From positions 1 through 46,296 of the IMG/VR virus record IMGVR_UViG_3300012232_000187: 46,296 nucleotides of DNA. One strand, written 5' to 3'. The stretch comes from a virus (Duplodnaviria; Caudoviricetes). Positions within the stretch are counted from its first letter, which is position 1; each line of letters begins with the position of its first letter. Below, one piece after another: positions 1 to 9,891 of the stretch. The notes below the pieces were generated by a model, which was not told where the DNA came from, did not search any database, and saw nothing but the letters and a program-made list of their open reading frames with translations. Made by a program: the position numbers and the translations under genes.

Positions 1-1
1 G

Positions 2-3000
2 GGGAAGACCGGCTCCCGCCCCCTGACCATCAATGTCGTCGCCTCCCAGATCGAGATCATCACCTCGACTTTAGGGTACGCGACGATAGGTCAGCCCTAC
101 GCCTTACAGGTCTCCGTCTCGGGCGGAACCGAACCCTGGTTCTACGTCAACGGACAGGGACAGTTCCCTCCGGGGATCAACCTCGACCTCTATTCAGGGT
201 GGATCACTGGTAACCCGTATGGAGCCCTGTTGGGGAATCCGACGATCAGCGTCTTTGATTCTGGTACTCCGGTTTCCATTACCACTAGAACGCTCTCGCT
301 TCGCTCGGCCACCCAGCCGACGATGATTGCCGAGACGTTAGTCACTGCTACCACGAACACCTTCTACAGTGCCGACGTTTTAGGGTCGGGTGGATTTGGA
401 ACCCTGCAGTACCGCGTCACCTCGGGGAACATTGCTCCGTTCGCAATGACCTCTGCGGGGGTTATCACGGGAGTCCCGGTTACCATTGGGAACTCCGCCT
501 TCAACGTCGTGGCGAGAGATTCCGAAGGTCGGGAGAGTGTTGCCAGACAGTATTCCATCCCCCGTGTTGCGGCTACATCTGCCGTAACCCTCGACACCAC
601 CTTTCTCCCGGACGCCACGCAGGGCCTGAATTACACCGCGCAGCTCACCGCCTCTGGTGGTAATGGATCGACGATCAACTTTGCCAAGGTCGGCACGACC
701 CCTACGTGGCTGGCGTGTTCGTCTGCGGGTGCGTTGAGCGGAATCAACAACGTGCCCGCTTCGGAGACGGTCACCTTACGGGCGTATGACACGACCACGT
801 CAGACCAGCGACCGTTGACGATTACCACGATACCGGTGGTGACCTCCACCTCACCCCTGCAGATCACGACCCAGACCATCCCGAGTGTCCCGGTTTCCAC
901 GCAGTACCCGGCGACCTACGTCCAAGCTGCTGGCGGAACGCCTCCGTACACGTTCTCCAAGCTCGCAGACTCTACCGTTTCGTGGATGACCTGCAGCACC
1001 AACGGGCTTCTTTCTGGGCTCTCTCGTTCGACGCCTACTGGCACCCCTCCGAACTATTTCGTCACCTTTCCGGGAATGCACGTCCAGGTCCAGGATGCAC
1101 AGGGGAACACCGACGACCAGCCCTTGGTCTTCGGCATCACGCCTGCGGCTTCCGTTGTAACAATCGTTACCAACTCCATCCCTGCGGTGACTGCGGGGAC
1201 GACGTATCCGATTACTTCCCTGTCAGCCTCTGGCGGAACGCCTCCGTACCAGTGGGCACGGATTGGCCTCTCGACTTCTGGTTCCGCAGCGACGTGGCTC
1301 ACCCTGACCTCTGCAGGTGTCTTAGGAGGAAACGCAGGACACGAAGGCATCTACAACATCGTCGTTCGGGTGACGGACGCCTCCGCTGTTACCGACACCG
1401 ACAACATCTCGATGGTGGTCAACACCAGCGCCATCACCCTTACTCCGACGACGCCTGCCCCAGGGACCATTGGTGTGGCGTACACCGCGACCCTTGGAGC
1501 TACAGGTGGAACGGCCCCCTACTCAGGCTGGACATCCTCTCAGGGGAGGATTCGGTTCTACGGTAAGCACGAAGGCTGGCAGGACGACTACGACGGTCCT
1601 GCGGCTACTCCGACTCCTGCCAACTACGCCGCCTACAACGCCCGCTATGAGTACATGCAGGTCTATGGAGAGACATCCACGGGAGGGACCGGGGGATATT
1701 GGGAGCTAGGCGCTCGCGCTTCGACCTATCAACGCGGGTTGTTCTACAAGGATTCGCACGGGGTCAAATCGACCTACACGAACCTCCGTGGGCCTTCGGA
1801 TGCATGGCTCCTGGTAGACGACGCTGACGGCACCGAACTCCTGCGAGTCAACTACTTGGGCTATGACCAGTACGCTGGAGATATAGGCAACCCAGCTTAC
1901 CGTGCGGCGTGGATTGCGGAACTAGCTGCGCACTTCGCCTTCGCCACTTACGCAGGCGTCTGGGTGGACGATGTCAACATGCGGCTAGACCTCGTGCGTG
2001 ATGACACTCACGTCGCCGCAGTTGCGCGCAATCCCCGCACTGGTATCGCCTATACGGAGGCCCAATGGCGCACGGACATGGCGACGTTCATGCAGGAGAT
2101 CCGTGCCGCATTCCCCACGAAGATCATCGCCCACAACGCGCTGTACTTCGTTACCAACGCTCTCACCGACACGCATATCCGCGACCAGATCCTCGCCTGT
2201 GATTACTTCAACATGGAGCGTGGGGTAACTGATACCAACATCAACAACGTCGGGGACTTCGACGCCTACTGCGCCTACATAGACTACGTCCATTCTCTGG
2301 GCCGGTCTGTCATTCAGATGGACTACACCGACAGTTCCGACGCCAACGCGGCTACGCGGATTGCCTACTCCATTGCTACTTACTTCCTGATGAACAATGG
2401 CACCGACCTCTATTCCAACGACAAAGAGGCGTATGCAGCCGTAACGACTCAGGAAGGCTTTACGTGGTACACCGGGTTCGATACGAACATGGGCTTTGCC
2501 ACGGGTGCAAGAAGCTGGAACGGCACCTCGTGGACACGCACGTTTGAAGGCGGTGGGACGGTAAGCGTCACCCCCTGGACCTCAGGGGCCTACACCAGCA
2601 GCTACGTTGCGGGGGTTCCGACTCCTCTTCCGGGAGTGCTCCATCCCGGACTCAGAGTCTCCACCAACGCCAACGGCACGGGGCTTATCTCTGGTACTCC
2701 GCGGACGGTAGCTTCAACGGCGATCAGCCTGCGGGCAGTGGACTCTCTCGCTACCTCGGACACCGAGAACTACACGATAACTATCGTCTCGGCGCCCACG
2801 ACGAGTGCGCCGTCTGGAACGAATGACTGGGCATTCAGAAGCGGGCTTCCTGGCGTCGTCATGCGCACTAGGTTTGACACCTCTGCGGAAGCGCGTGGCT
2901 ACGCTTGGCACAACCCCAGCTACAACGCCAATCCTCAGTACGTTACGCTCGTCACCTCTGCGCACTCTGACGCATCGGTTCTGATCCCCGGAAACCCCGG

Positions 3001-5329
3001 CTGCATGAGATTCACCATCCAGCATACTGGATGGAGCGGTGGCGGTACGGGCGACTCGTGCATGAACTGGGTCAGGAAGCTCAACGACAGTTGGGGCACT
3101 CCGACTGCATCCACGAGTACGTCTGCCGGATCGCTGGAAGGCTACGGTCCCGGAGATGAGTTCTGGGTTTACTACCGCGTCAGGGTTCCCCGCTACCTTG
3201 CGGAGTCTCACTGGTCTCATGCCTCTGGATCTGGCGGCTGGAAGGTCTCCATCATCAACCAGTGGTACTCGGCTAACAACCCCGGTCAGATGGTGGTCAA
3301 TAACGAGGGGTACAGGGACTTCCTCAGGGTCTATCAAGCCGACAGCGGTGGCGGATACGACTACCAGGAACTGAGTTTTGCTTCCGACTGCCGCCCCGGC
3401 GGTGACGCCCGCTACCAGCCTTATGTCGATCATGTGACCAATGGGACAACTCATCCCGCCGGTCTGAGCCTGGTGACCGGGACATCCTGCGAACGTCTGA
3501 GAAAGCGTTACGGTGGACTCTCCTCCTACGCCAGAACAGACATCACCCGTCCTCCTGCGGATGCCTATTTTCAGCCTTCCTTAGGTAATCCAAGAGGATC
3601 TGACCAGTCATCCGGCGGCTTCATGATTCGGAGAGACGGTCGGGCGAACAACGGCGCAGGAGAAGATCAGTGGATCGGCGTCCTCCAGCACGTCAAGTTG
3701 GGGTCTGCTTACGGGCAGAGCAACGGTATTCTTGAAGTCTGGGCCCACAAACAGGGAGAGAACTACCGGAAGCTCACGCAGACCAACGCCCTGCCGCTCT
3801 ACCCCGTAACCGACTCACTCAACGGGTTCACCAGTGACTACTACACTTCCGGCACCATCGTTGGCTCCGCGCTCCCCGGAGGCTCGCATCCGGTCAATGG
3901 CCTCTACCTCACCGTTGCCAACACCGGAAGACTTGAGGACGGCAACCCGACCCTGGTTACGTCAGCCAATCCTCTGGGGATCTCCAACAACCATCCTTCG
4001 GGATCATTTGACGCCTACATCTACTACGGTGAAGTGATTTGCCGTGAGGGCACGGTTGGCATCCCTGCTCCAGGATTCGTCACGCCGCCGAGTTCCGCCT
4101 ACGCAGTAGCTCCGTCCTACATCTCCGCCACTCCAAGGACGGTCGTCAGACTTACCTCGGTCACGAACGGCAGGGATGCGCTTGTTGACGCTATCCCTAC
4201 GGTATGGAGCGCGGCTGTCAACGTCCCCAACGGCGAGGGCGGGACTTTTGAGGATGAAGGGCGAGAGATATTCTTCCCGTGGTGCGGTGGGCATTGGGAC
4301 ATAGCCAACAACGTCGTCTGGTGGGCGAGAGGTGGTGGACACGCCTCTACGCTGAACGGAGGAAACTACCGCTTCGACTTCAACGGCACCACTCAGGCTG
4401 GAGGCTGGACCCTGATCGACGGCCCCACGAGCCGGGATAACGTCGGCGCAACTACTAGTCCTCTGTACCCCGCTGATTCGGGTGACGGCGTTGTCAGGTG
4501 GGCTGCGTCTCACTCATACAACGCTCAGTGCATTACGCCTGACGGGAGACTGTGGGGGTACGGCGGTGCTTCAACCATAGGTAGCGGGTCGGACATGAAC
4601 CGGCTCGTCTCGTGGAACCCATCCACGAACGTCTACACGGCTTACGGTCCTCTCGCGGGGACGAACTTCAGTTCTGACTCCTTCTACTCCCAGTTCTGCG
4701 TCTACGACCCGACATACCAGAAGATCATCGTCCACAAACCTGGACCGGCTCATTACGCAATCTTCGACCCTGTCATTAATCAGTGGGCACAGAACAGCAG
4801 ATTGAACACCGCCTCCACGGTTCAAGGTAGTGGTGGTGGTAATGCCGCAGGGGCCTACGACACGAACAGGCACCGTCTGCTGATTATGGGCTCGCTTACG
4901 GGGTCCAACTCGCAGCAGGGCGCTATCCCTGTTGTTGGTCCTTATAGGTACCAGCAGTTCAACGGGTCTACGTTAGTCCAGCAGAATGTCACCTTCACTG
5001 CTGTCAACAACATGGATGTCGTCTCAGCCTTCGCTCCCGCGATGTGCTACGACCATGAGCTTGACTGCTTCTGGGCAATGGACCTCTCCAACGGTACTCC
5101 GACAAACAGGCAGTACATCTGGCGGATCACCTGGAACACGGACATCAATCTTCTGGTGGAGCGATTCACTCTTCTCGGGACTGCGATTTCCCAGACCGAT
5201 ACGGGAGCTGACTGGCAGAGTCTTCCAAGAGGCGGGTACAACAAGATCGGTGTCCTGAGTGGCTGGAATGCCATTGGAGTCCTCAACCGTTGCGATGACT
5301 CTGTGTACGTCATCACGAAACCAGCATGA
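2..5329 (+). CDS. Giant virion fibre/adhesin-depolymerase, C-terminal portion: He_PIG-type Ig repeats, glycoside-hydrolase-like TIM barrel, polysaccharide-lyase/jelly-roll-like domain, Kelch-like beta-propeller
   Basis: Frame is open from base 2 (GKTGSRPLTINVV...), so the TTG at 230 is internal. Repeated L(T/S)A(S/T)GGxxPY..W...GxLSG Ig units; DIGNPAYRAAW..YAGVWVDDVN GH-like motif; EFWVYYRVRVP..WK..GILEVW lyase-like motif; YD/GG propeller repeats at the C-terminus. Confidence 0.75.
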   Translation, partial: GKTGSRPLTINVVASQIEIITSTLGYATIGQPYALQVSVSGGTEPWFYVNGQGQFPPGINLDLYSGWITGNPYGALLGNPTISVFDSGTPVSITTRTLSLRSATQPTMIAETLVTATTNTFYSADVLGSGGFGTLQYRVTSGNIAPFAMTSAGVITGVPVTIGNSAFNVVARDSEGRESVARQYSIPRVAATSAVTLDTTFLPDATQGLNYTAQLTASGGNGSTINFAKVGTTPTWLACSSAGALSGINNVPASETVTLRAYDTTTSDQRPLTITTIPVVTSTSPLQITTQTIPSVPVSTQYPATYVQAAGGTPPYTFSKLADSTVSWMTCSTNGLLSGLSRSTPTGTPPNYFVTFPGMHVQVQDAQGNTDDQPLVFGITPAASVVTIVTNSIPAVTAGTTYPITSLSASGGTPPYQWARIGLSTSGSAATWLTLTSAGVLGGNAGHEGIYNIVVRVTDASAVTDTDNISMVVNTSAITLTPTTPAPGTIGVAYTATLGATGGTAPYSGWTSSQGRIRFYGKHEGWQDDYDGPAATPTPANYAAYNARYEYMQVYGETSTGGTGGYWELGARASTYQRGLFYKDSHGVKSTYTNLRGPSDAWLLVDDADGTELLRVNYLGYDQYAGDIGNPAYRAAWIAELAAHFAFATYAGVWVDDVNMRLDLVRDDTHVAAVARNPRTGIAYTEAQWRTDMATFMQEIRAAFPTKIIAHNALYFVTNALTDTHIRDQILACDYFNMERGVTDTNINNVGDFDAYCAYIDYVHSLGRSVIQMDYTDSSDANAATRIAYSIATYFLMNNGTDLYSNDKEAYAAVTTQEGFTWYTGFDTNMGFATGARSWNGTSWTRTFEGGGTVSVTPWTSGAYTSSYVAGVPTPLPGVLHPGLRVSTNANGTGLISGTPRTVASTAISLRAVDSLATSDTENYTITIVSAPTTSAPSGTNDWAFRSGLPGVVMRTRFDTSAEARGYAWHNPSYNANPQYVTLVTSAHSDASVLIPGNPGCMRFTIQHTGWSGGGTGDSCMNWVRKLNDSWGTPTASTSTSAGSLEGYGPGDEFWVYYRVRVPRYLAESHWSHASGSGGWKVSIINQWYSANNPGQMVVNNEGYRDFLRVYQADSGGGYDYQELSFASDCRPGGDARYQPYVDHVTNGTTHPAGLSLVTGTSCERLRKRYGGLSSYARTDITRPPADAYFQPSLGNPRGSDQSSGGFMIRRDGRANNGAGEDQWIGVLQHVKLGSAYGQSNGILEVWAHKQGENYRKLTQTNALPLYPVTDSLNGFTSDYYTSGTIVGSALPGGSHPVNGLYLTVANTGRLEDGNPTLVTSANPLGISNNHPSGSFDAYIYYGEVICREGTVGIPAPGFVTPPSSAYAVAPSYISATPRTVVRLTSVTNGRDALVDAIPTVWSAAVNVPNGEGGTFEDEGREIFFPWCGGHWDIANNVVWWARGGGHASTLNGGNYRFDFNGTTQAGGWTLIDGPTSRDNVGATTSPLYPADSGDGVVRWAASHSYNAQCITPDGRLWGYGGASTIGSGSDMNRLVSWNPSTNVYTAYGPLAGTNFSSDSFYSQFCVYDPTYQKIIVHKPGPAHYAIFDPVINQWAQNSRLNTASTVQGSGGGNAAGAYDTNRHRLLIMGSLTGSNSQQGAIPVVGPYRYQQFNGSTLVQQNVTFTAVNNMDVVSAFAPAMCYDHELDCFWAMDLSNGTPTNRQYIWRITWNTDINLLVERFTLLGTAISQTDTGADWQSLPRGGYNKIGVLSGWNAIGVLNRCDDSVYVITKPA
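930..1249 (+). repeat. 20-bp exact direct repeat CTGGCGGAACGCCTCCGTAC (930-949, 1230-1249) marking 100-aa Ig units
   Basis: Read directly; 300-nt offset; both copies encode GGTPPY. Confidence 0.9.
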
Positions 5330-5598
5330 GCGACGAGCCCACCATCTGGCAGTCCATCGCGGCTGGCTTTTCCGCTCTGGTCTCCTCACTTCTGGTCTAC
5401 GTCTGGAGCGCGCAGTCCAAACGTATAGAGGACGTGGAGGACTCTCTGGAGGCTCACAAGGACGGCACGCACTCACGCCTTCTCGACAAACTGGAAGAGG
5501 TCGCCAGAGACAGCAGGGCGCAGTTCGCCACTCTCAGGATGGAAAACAGAGAGGACTTCGCCGCTATCCACGAGAAGATCGAAAGCTTGCGTGACTAG
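5326..5598 (+). CDS. Small membrane protein of the lysis cassette (N-terminal TM helix plus coiled coil)
   Basis: Hydrophobic IAAGFSALVSSLLVYVW followed by a charged helix; ATGA overlap with upstream gene. Confidence 0.65.
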   Translation: MSDEPTIWQSIAAGFSALVSSLLVYVWSAQSKRIEDVEDSLEAHKDGTHSRLLDKLEEVARDSRAQFATLRMENREDFAAIHEKIESLRD

Positions 5599-5627
5599 AT
5601 GTTTCAACTGCATTCTCAGGAAGATCA

Positions 5628-5831
5628 ATGAACCAACCCTCCTCAACCATTACCGCTGCCACACTTGCCGGGCTGGTGATGGCCGCCCTGTGGGCGGTGG
5701 CGAACGAGTTCTATTTCAAACCTCGTGGAATCGTACCTTCCGCCGAGATGGCGAGCCTTGTTAATGCTGCTGTGGTCGGCTTGGTCGGCTACTTCAAGAA
5801 AGAGAACGTCCTTTACTCCAATAGGCCCTAA
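5628..5831 (+). CDS. Putative holin (2 TM)
   Basis: 67 aa, two hydrophobic helices, C-terminal GYFKKE; upstream of endolysin. Confidence 0.7.
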   Translation: MNQPSSTITAATLAGLVMAALWAVANEFYFKPRGIVPSAEMASLVNAAVVGLVGYFKKENVLYSNRP

Positions 5832-5833
5832 TC

Positions 5834-6181
5834 ATGAAAGCCAGAAACTACCTCCTCTCCCTAGTCCTCCTCCTGTCGGCCTGCACGTTCTTCGGGCAAC
5901 CGACCCCTGAGACGTTCAACGAACGGGTCCTCTATGCCAAGGGAACTCTGGTCAGTGTTCTGGAGTCAGCCAACACCCTCCTGTCGGCAGGCGCGATCGA
6001 CCGGGACACCTACCTTGCTGTTCGGGAAGAGACTGACAAAGCCGCGACGACGATCAAGCTTGCGCAGCAGGTGTGGGCCACCAATCCCCAGGAAGCGGAG
6101 AACCGGCTGACCACCGCCCTGACCCTCCTGGAGGCCCTGAGAGCCTATCTCATTGACGCTCAACAGAGGGCTAGCGCATGA
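5834..6181 (+). CDS. Lipoprotein, helical (possible outer-membrane lysis component)
   Basis: Type II signal peptide MKARNYLLSLVLLLSA|C (lipobox LSAC); lies in lysis cassette. Confidence 0.7.
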   Translation: MKARNYLLSLVLLLSACTFFGQPTPETFNERVLYAKGTLVSVLESANTLLSAGAIDRDTYLAVREETDKAATTIKLAQQVWATNPQEAENRLTTALTLLEALRAYLIDAQQRASA

Positions 6182-6387
6182 ACTCCGAAACCCGTGCGTT
6201 GATCCTGACTGAACTCATCATCGCTGGATTGAAGAAGCTGGCAGAGATGGGGGCTGTACTCACCAAGTCCCGTGCTGAGGGCCGTGACGTGACCCCTGAG
6301 GAGCTGGCTGCGTTCGACGCCCAGTACGACGCCGCTAGAGCCAAGGGTGACGCGATCCTGAAGGCACTCAACGAAAGTGGCCTTTAG
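6178..6387 (+). CDS. Small helical protein coupled to the lipoprotein
   Basis: ATGA overlap; amphipathic N-terminus. Confidence 0.6.
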   Translation: MNSETRALILTELIIAGLKKLAEMGAVLTKSRAEGRDVTPEELAAFDAQYDAARAKGDAILKALNESGL

Positions 6388-6754
6388 GCTAGGCAAGAGA
6401 TCGAAAGCCAACCTCGTTGGCGTTCATCCTGACCTCGTCAAAGTCGTCGAACTCGCCATCACCTTAACACCCATTGATTTCGTCGTCTTGGAAGGCGTAC
6501 GGAGTCTGGAGCGGCAGCGATCACTTGTTCAGAGCGGTGCAAGCAGAACAATGAAGTCCCGGCATTTAACCGGCCACGCAGTCGATCTAGGGGCTCTTTT
6601 GGACGGTAAGGTGACGTGGCGTACTTCCCTGTATGCAGGGCTCGCGCCACACGTAAAGCAAGCCGCTGCCGACTTGGGGATAGAGATCGAATGGGGAGGG
6701 GATTGGAAGACATTTGTCGATATGCCTCACTGGCAGCTACCCTGGGATAGATAG
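6377..6754 (+). CDS. Endolysin, M15 family L-Ala-D-Glu peptidase
   Basis: LVGVHPDL, EGVRSLERQ, SRHLTGHAVD, WGGDW, DMPHWQL zinc-peptidase motifs. Confidence 0.93.
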   Translation: MAFRLGKRSKANLVGVHPDLVKVVELAITLTPIDFVVLEGVRSLERQRSLVQSGASRTMKSRHLTGHAVDLGALLDGKVTWRTSLYAGLAPHVKQAAADLGIEIEWGGDWKTFVDMPHWQLPWDR

Positions 6755-9700
6755 TGTACATCGCTCCGACTGAGATTCCCGGCCTCGTCATGACGACGGT
6801 GGCGAGGCTGGCAAGATGGCTCCTCTTTGAACTCCAGAAGATCCAGGTTGCTATAGACGAGGTCGCCCCTGAGATCACGCCTGATTCAGGGCTTACCCCT
6901 GGGGCCGATGATGCTGCCGCGTGGGAGGCTGCGCTTGCCTCCGGTGGGCAGATCGACATAGCAGCAGGCACCTACACCTTCACCTCTCGGGTTGACATCC
7001 CCACCAACGTCGGTGACATCGTCCTCAATCCTTTGGGGCCTGTGGTCATCAGGTGGCCGCGCAGTCACCACGCTCTCTCTTTCAACGCCACGGCGAACGT
7101 CGGTTCCGATGTCACCGTCTCAGCGATAGCAGACGACATCACCCATGTAGCTTCCTTTGCCCAGACCTCTACCCGTATTACGGGAGCGTTCTCTGGGTAC
7201 AACATTGGGGACATCTGCCAGATAAAAACCAATGAGACCTGGGGGTCCACAGGTTATTACATGGCGGAGATGTTCGAGGTTCTCTATAACGGGGGAACCT
7301 ACATCATCACCAACCGGAAACTCTTCCACACCTACACTCCGGGGAGTTTCGCTACCACCGTAAGAAGGATCACCTCCCGTCCGAAGCTGACGATAAAGAA
7401 GGGGATTACCTTCATCCCCTCTGACCCTCATACCTCGGTAGTCGTAGGAGACTTCAACTTCGCCGTTCACGTCCAGGGGGCGGTGAGGGCGGATATTGAT
7501 GTCGAGTGCGTCGGTGCCTACGCGGGAGGGATCGTAGCCAACGGCTGTTACGACAGCGACTTCCGGCTCCGGATCAGTAATTGTCGGGTTGACTACCTAA
7601 ACGATTCCTTTGGTTACGGAGTAGTCGAGTTAGGCTGTGGATACGGGAACAGGTTCTGGACCTACGGCAGGGATGCGGGACAGTTAACGAACTGTAACGG
7701 CGTCTCAAGCATGTCCTATGGGTCTCCGTGGCCCCTCCTTGGGGTTCCGCAGGAGACGAACTGGGTTGAGTCTGAAGCCATCTCCGCTAGGACCAATGCC
7801 ATAGGGTGCCACAGAGGGATCAATACTCTATTCAAGAACGTAGTGGTTCGTGGGGCGCATATCACCACGGATGACCGATCATCTCCCCTTGAGACCAATG
7901 CGATGGGGATTTCCCTCGCAGGCGTTGGGGTCAGGTTCGAGAACGTCGATATCTCCGGCGTGAATACCATGCTGAACCTTCGGGATCAGCAGGACATTCA
8001 AACAACGGTCAACTTCGGCACCGTCAACTTCAGGCCCTTCCCGAACGGCTCTACGAGTTACGGTCTGGTAAGGATCAACTCCCTGCAGACCTCCGGCGGG
8101 GCGGCCCCCCGTCCGATAGTCGTTATTGATGACGGGCGCGTAACCATTGCGGACGACTCCTACGCAATGCGCACTTCCATCGAGGACCCGACTCACGACA
8201 ACGGCTACACCCTCATCTGCAACAAGCTCTATGTGGATGGAGGGAGCGGGTTGGTTCTGTACGGGACGACCGGAGCGTCTCTCCAGAACGTCTACATAAA
8301 CCTGCATCAGGTCACTTGGCGCGCTCCCGCTGCTGCCGATGCGGTTGTCGTGGTTAGTGGGACAACGTCCATTTCAGCGGGGGAAAGGCTGCGCATCTGG
8401 GATCTGGACATCGTCAGTGACGACGGTACGAATCCTACTGGCGTAGCCCACCTGACCGGCAACTCCACGATCACGATCCCTTACGGGAAGATCACCAGCA
8501 ACGCGGAGATGACGTGGACACATGGGTCCTCCGGGGCCGGTGCGACGGTCTCCCCAGAGGCCCTTGAGACCACCGATTACCTGCGGGGTAATGTCAAGAG
8601 ATACGGTGCCGTGGGGGATGGCTCCACGGATGATACGGTTGCTATCCAGGCGGCGATTGATAACAACCAGACCGTCTACCTGCCAGAAGGCACGTATGCC
8701 ATCTCGGACACCCTCGTCCTTGACAACGCGCAGTGCATCTATGGGGATGGAAAAAATAATTCCATCATCGACTACTCCGGTGCCGACACCGCAGTCCAGT
8801 TCATCTCTGGCTCTGGAACGGGCACGAGGATCTACGGGTGCAAGGCCCACGACCTCAGAATAACCACCGTCAGTGGGGACACCGGACTTGATCTTGACAG
8901 CGTCAGCGAGGGTGATTTCGAGCGCCTGATAATAGACGGGTTCTCCGTGACTGGTGTTTACCTTCACTCCTCCACCAGTGGCGGGGCGACGTACAACCGC
9001 TTCTTCGATGTCAAGGCCCAGTCAGTCGGCGTGGGTTTCCTTCTGGAGCGGGACGGCGGAGGCACCAGCAGTTATACAAACGACAATACCTTTGTCTCCT
9101 GTCGGGCCAATATCTGCACCACCGGGGTAGAGATCAGTGGCGGAAACCACAACTCTTTCATTCACCCGCAGATAGAGCAATGCACGACCGGGTTTGCCAT
9201 CTCTGAGCCCGCTACTGCGACGTGCAACGCCAACACGATCTCCTTTGCGAGATTTGAAAGCAATACGACAACAGGGACCATCGGCTCCAGTGTCGTCAAT
9301 ACGATCCTCGACCACTATGTAATCATCTCCGGCGGCGCGATTACGGACTCCGGCACGAGAACGCAGTGGGCAGGGATGTACGGCACACAGCAGTACTACC
9401 TGCAGTCCGCCCTGCAGTCGTCAGCAGGCTCCTACAGGTTCGCCCGCACCGCTAACGGAGGCTCAGAGACTCCAGCCTTCGTTGTCTCTGACGACAGCTC
9501 CACCAATAGCCCGGTCACTCTGCAGGTGCTGAATCCGGCCTCTGGCGCGGGCAGTTCGTTCTTCCGGTCTCGCTACGGTGGGGACGCCGGAACGATCAAG
9601 TTTGACATCGAGTGTCCGTCAGGAAAGATCACCGGGCTTGGCACTACCAATGGGCCTACCGGGGCGTTTACCTGTGGAGCAGCGGCAGCGACCACGGTGA

Positions 9701-9891
9701 ACAATACCTGCGTCAGTGCCAACTCCAGAATCTTCCTTGTCGCCGCCGACCCAACAGCAGGAACCCTGACTGGTTCTACCAAGTGCCTTTATATCTCTGC
9801 CAGAACAGCAGCTACTTCTTTTCAGGTGTCCACATCTGATGGAACGGCTGCGGCAGGGACAGAGGTATTCTGGTACTGGATAGTGAACTGA
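6754..9891 (+). CDS. Tailspike/depolymerase with two beta-helix (pectate-lyase-3-like) modules
   Basis: DDAAAWEAAL..IDIAAGTY and NVKRYGAVGDGSTDDTVAIQAAID..VYLPEGTY beta-helix caps; N/G/I-rich coils. Confidence 0.8.
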   Translation: MYIAPTEIPGLVMTTVARLARWLLFELQKIQVAIDEVAPEITPDSGLTPGADDAAAWEAALASGGQIDIAAGTYTFTSRVDIPTNVGDIVLNPLGPVVIRWPRSHHALSFNATANVGSDVTVSAIADDITHVASFAQTSTRITGAFSGYNIGDICQIKTNETWGSTGYYMAEMFEVLYNGGTYIITNRKLFHTYTPGSFATTVRRITSRPKLTIKKGITFIPSDPHTSVVVGDFNFAVHVQGAVRADIDVECVGAYAGGIVANGCYDSDFRLRISNCRVDYLNDSFGYGVVELGCGYGNRFWTYGRDAGQLTNCNGVSSMSYGSPWPLLGVPQETNWVESEAISARTNAIGCHRGINTLFKNVVVRGAHITTDDRSSPLETNAMGISLAGVGVRFENVDISGVNTMLNLRDQQDIQTTVNFGTVNFRPFPNGSTSYGLVRINSLQTSGGAAPRPIVVIDDGRVTIADDSYAMRTSIEDPTHDNGYTLICNKLYVDGGSGLVLYGTTGASLQNVYINLHQVTWRAPAAADAVVVVSGTTSISAGERLRIWDLDIVSDDGTNPTGVAHLTGNSTITIPYGKITSNAEMTWTHGSSGAGATVSPEALETTDYLRGNVKRYGAVGDGSTDDTVAIQAAIDNNQTVYLPEGTYAISDTLVLDNAQCIYGDGKNNSIIDYSGADTAVQFISGSGTGTRIYGCKAHDLRITTVSGDTGLDLDSVSEGDFERLIIDGFSVTGVYLHSSTSGGATYNRFFDVKAQSVGVGFLLERDGGGTSSYTNDNTFVSCRANICTTGVEISGGNHNSFIHPQIEQCTTGFAISEPATATCNANTISFARFESNTTTGTIGSSVVNTILDHYVIISGGAITDSGTRTQWAGMYGTQQYYLQSALQSSAGSYRFARTANGGSETPAFVVSDDSSTNSPVTLQVLNPASGAGSSFFRSRYGGDAGTIKFDIECPSGKITGLGTTNGPTGAFTCGAAAATTVNNTCVSANSRIFLVAADPTAGTLTGSTKCLYISARTAATSFQVSTSDGTAAAGTEVFWYWIVN

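Noticed and set aside
1547-2634. Intein as the insert in the giant fibre
   Set aside because: No N-terminal Cys/Ser block, no His-Asn terminus, no LAGLIDADG motif
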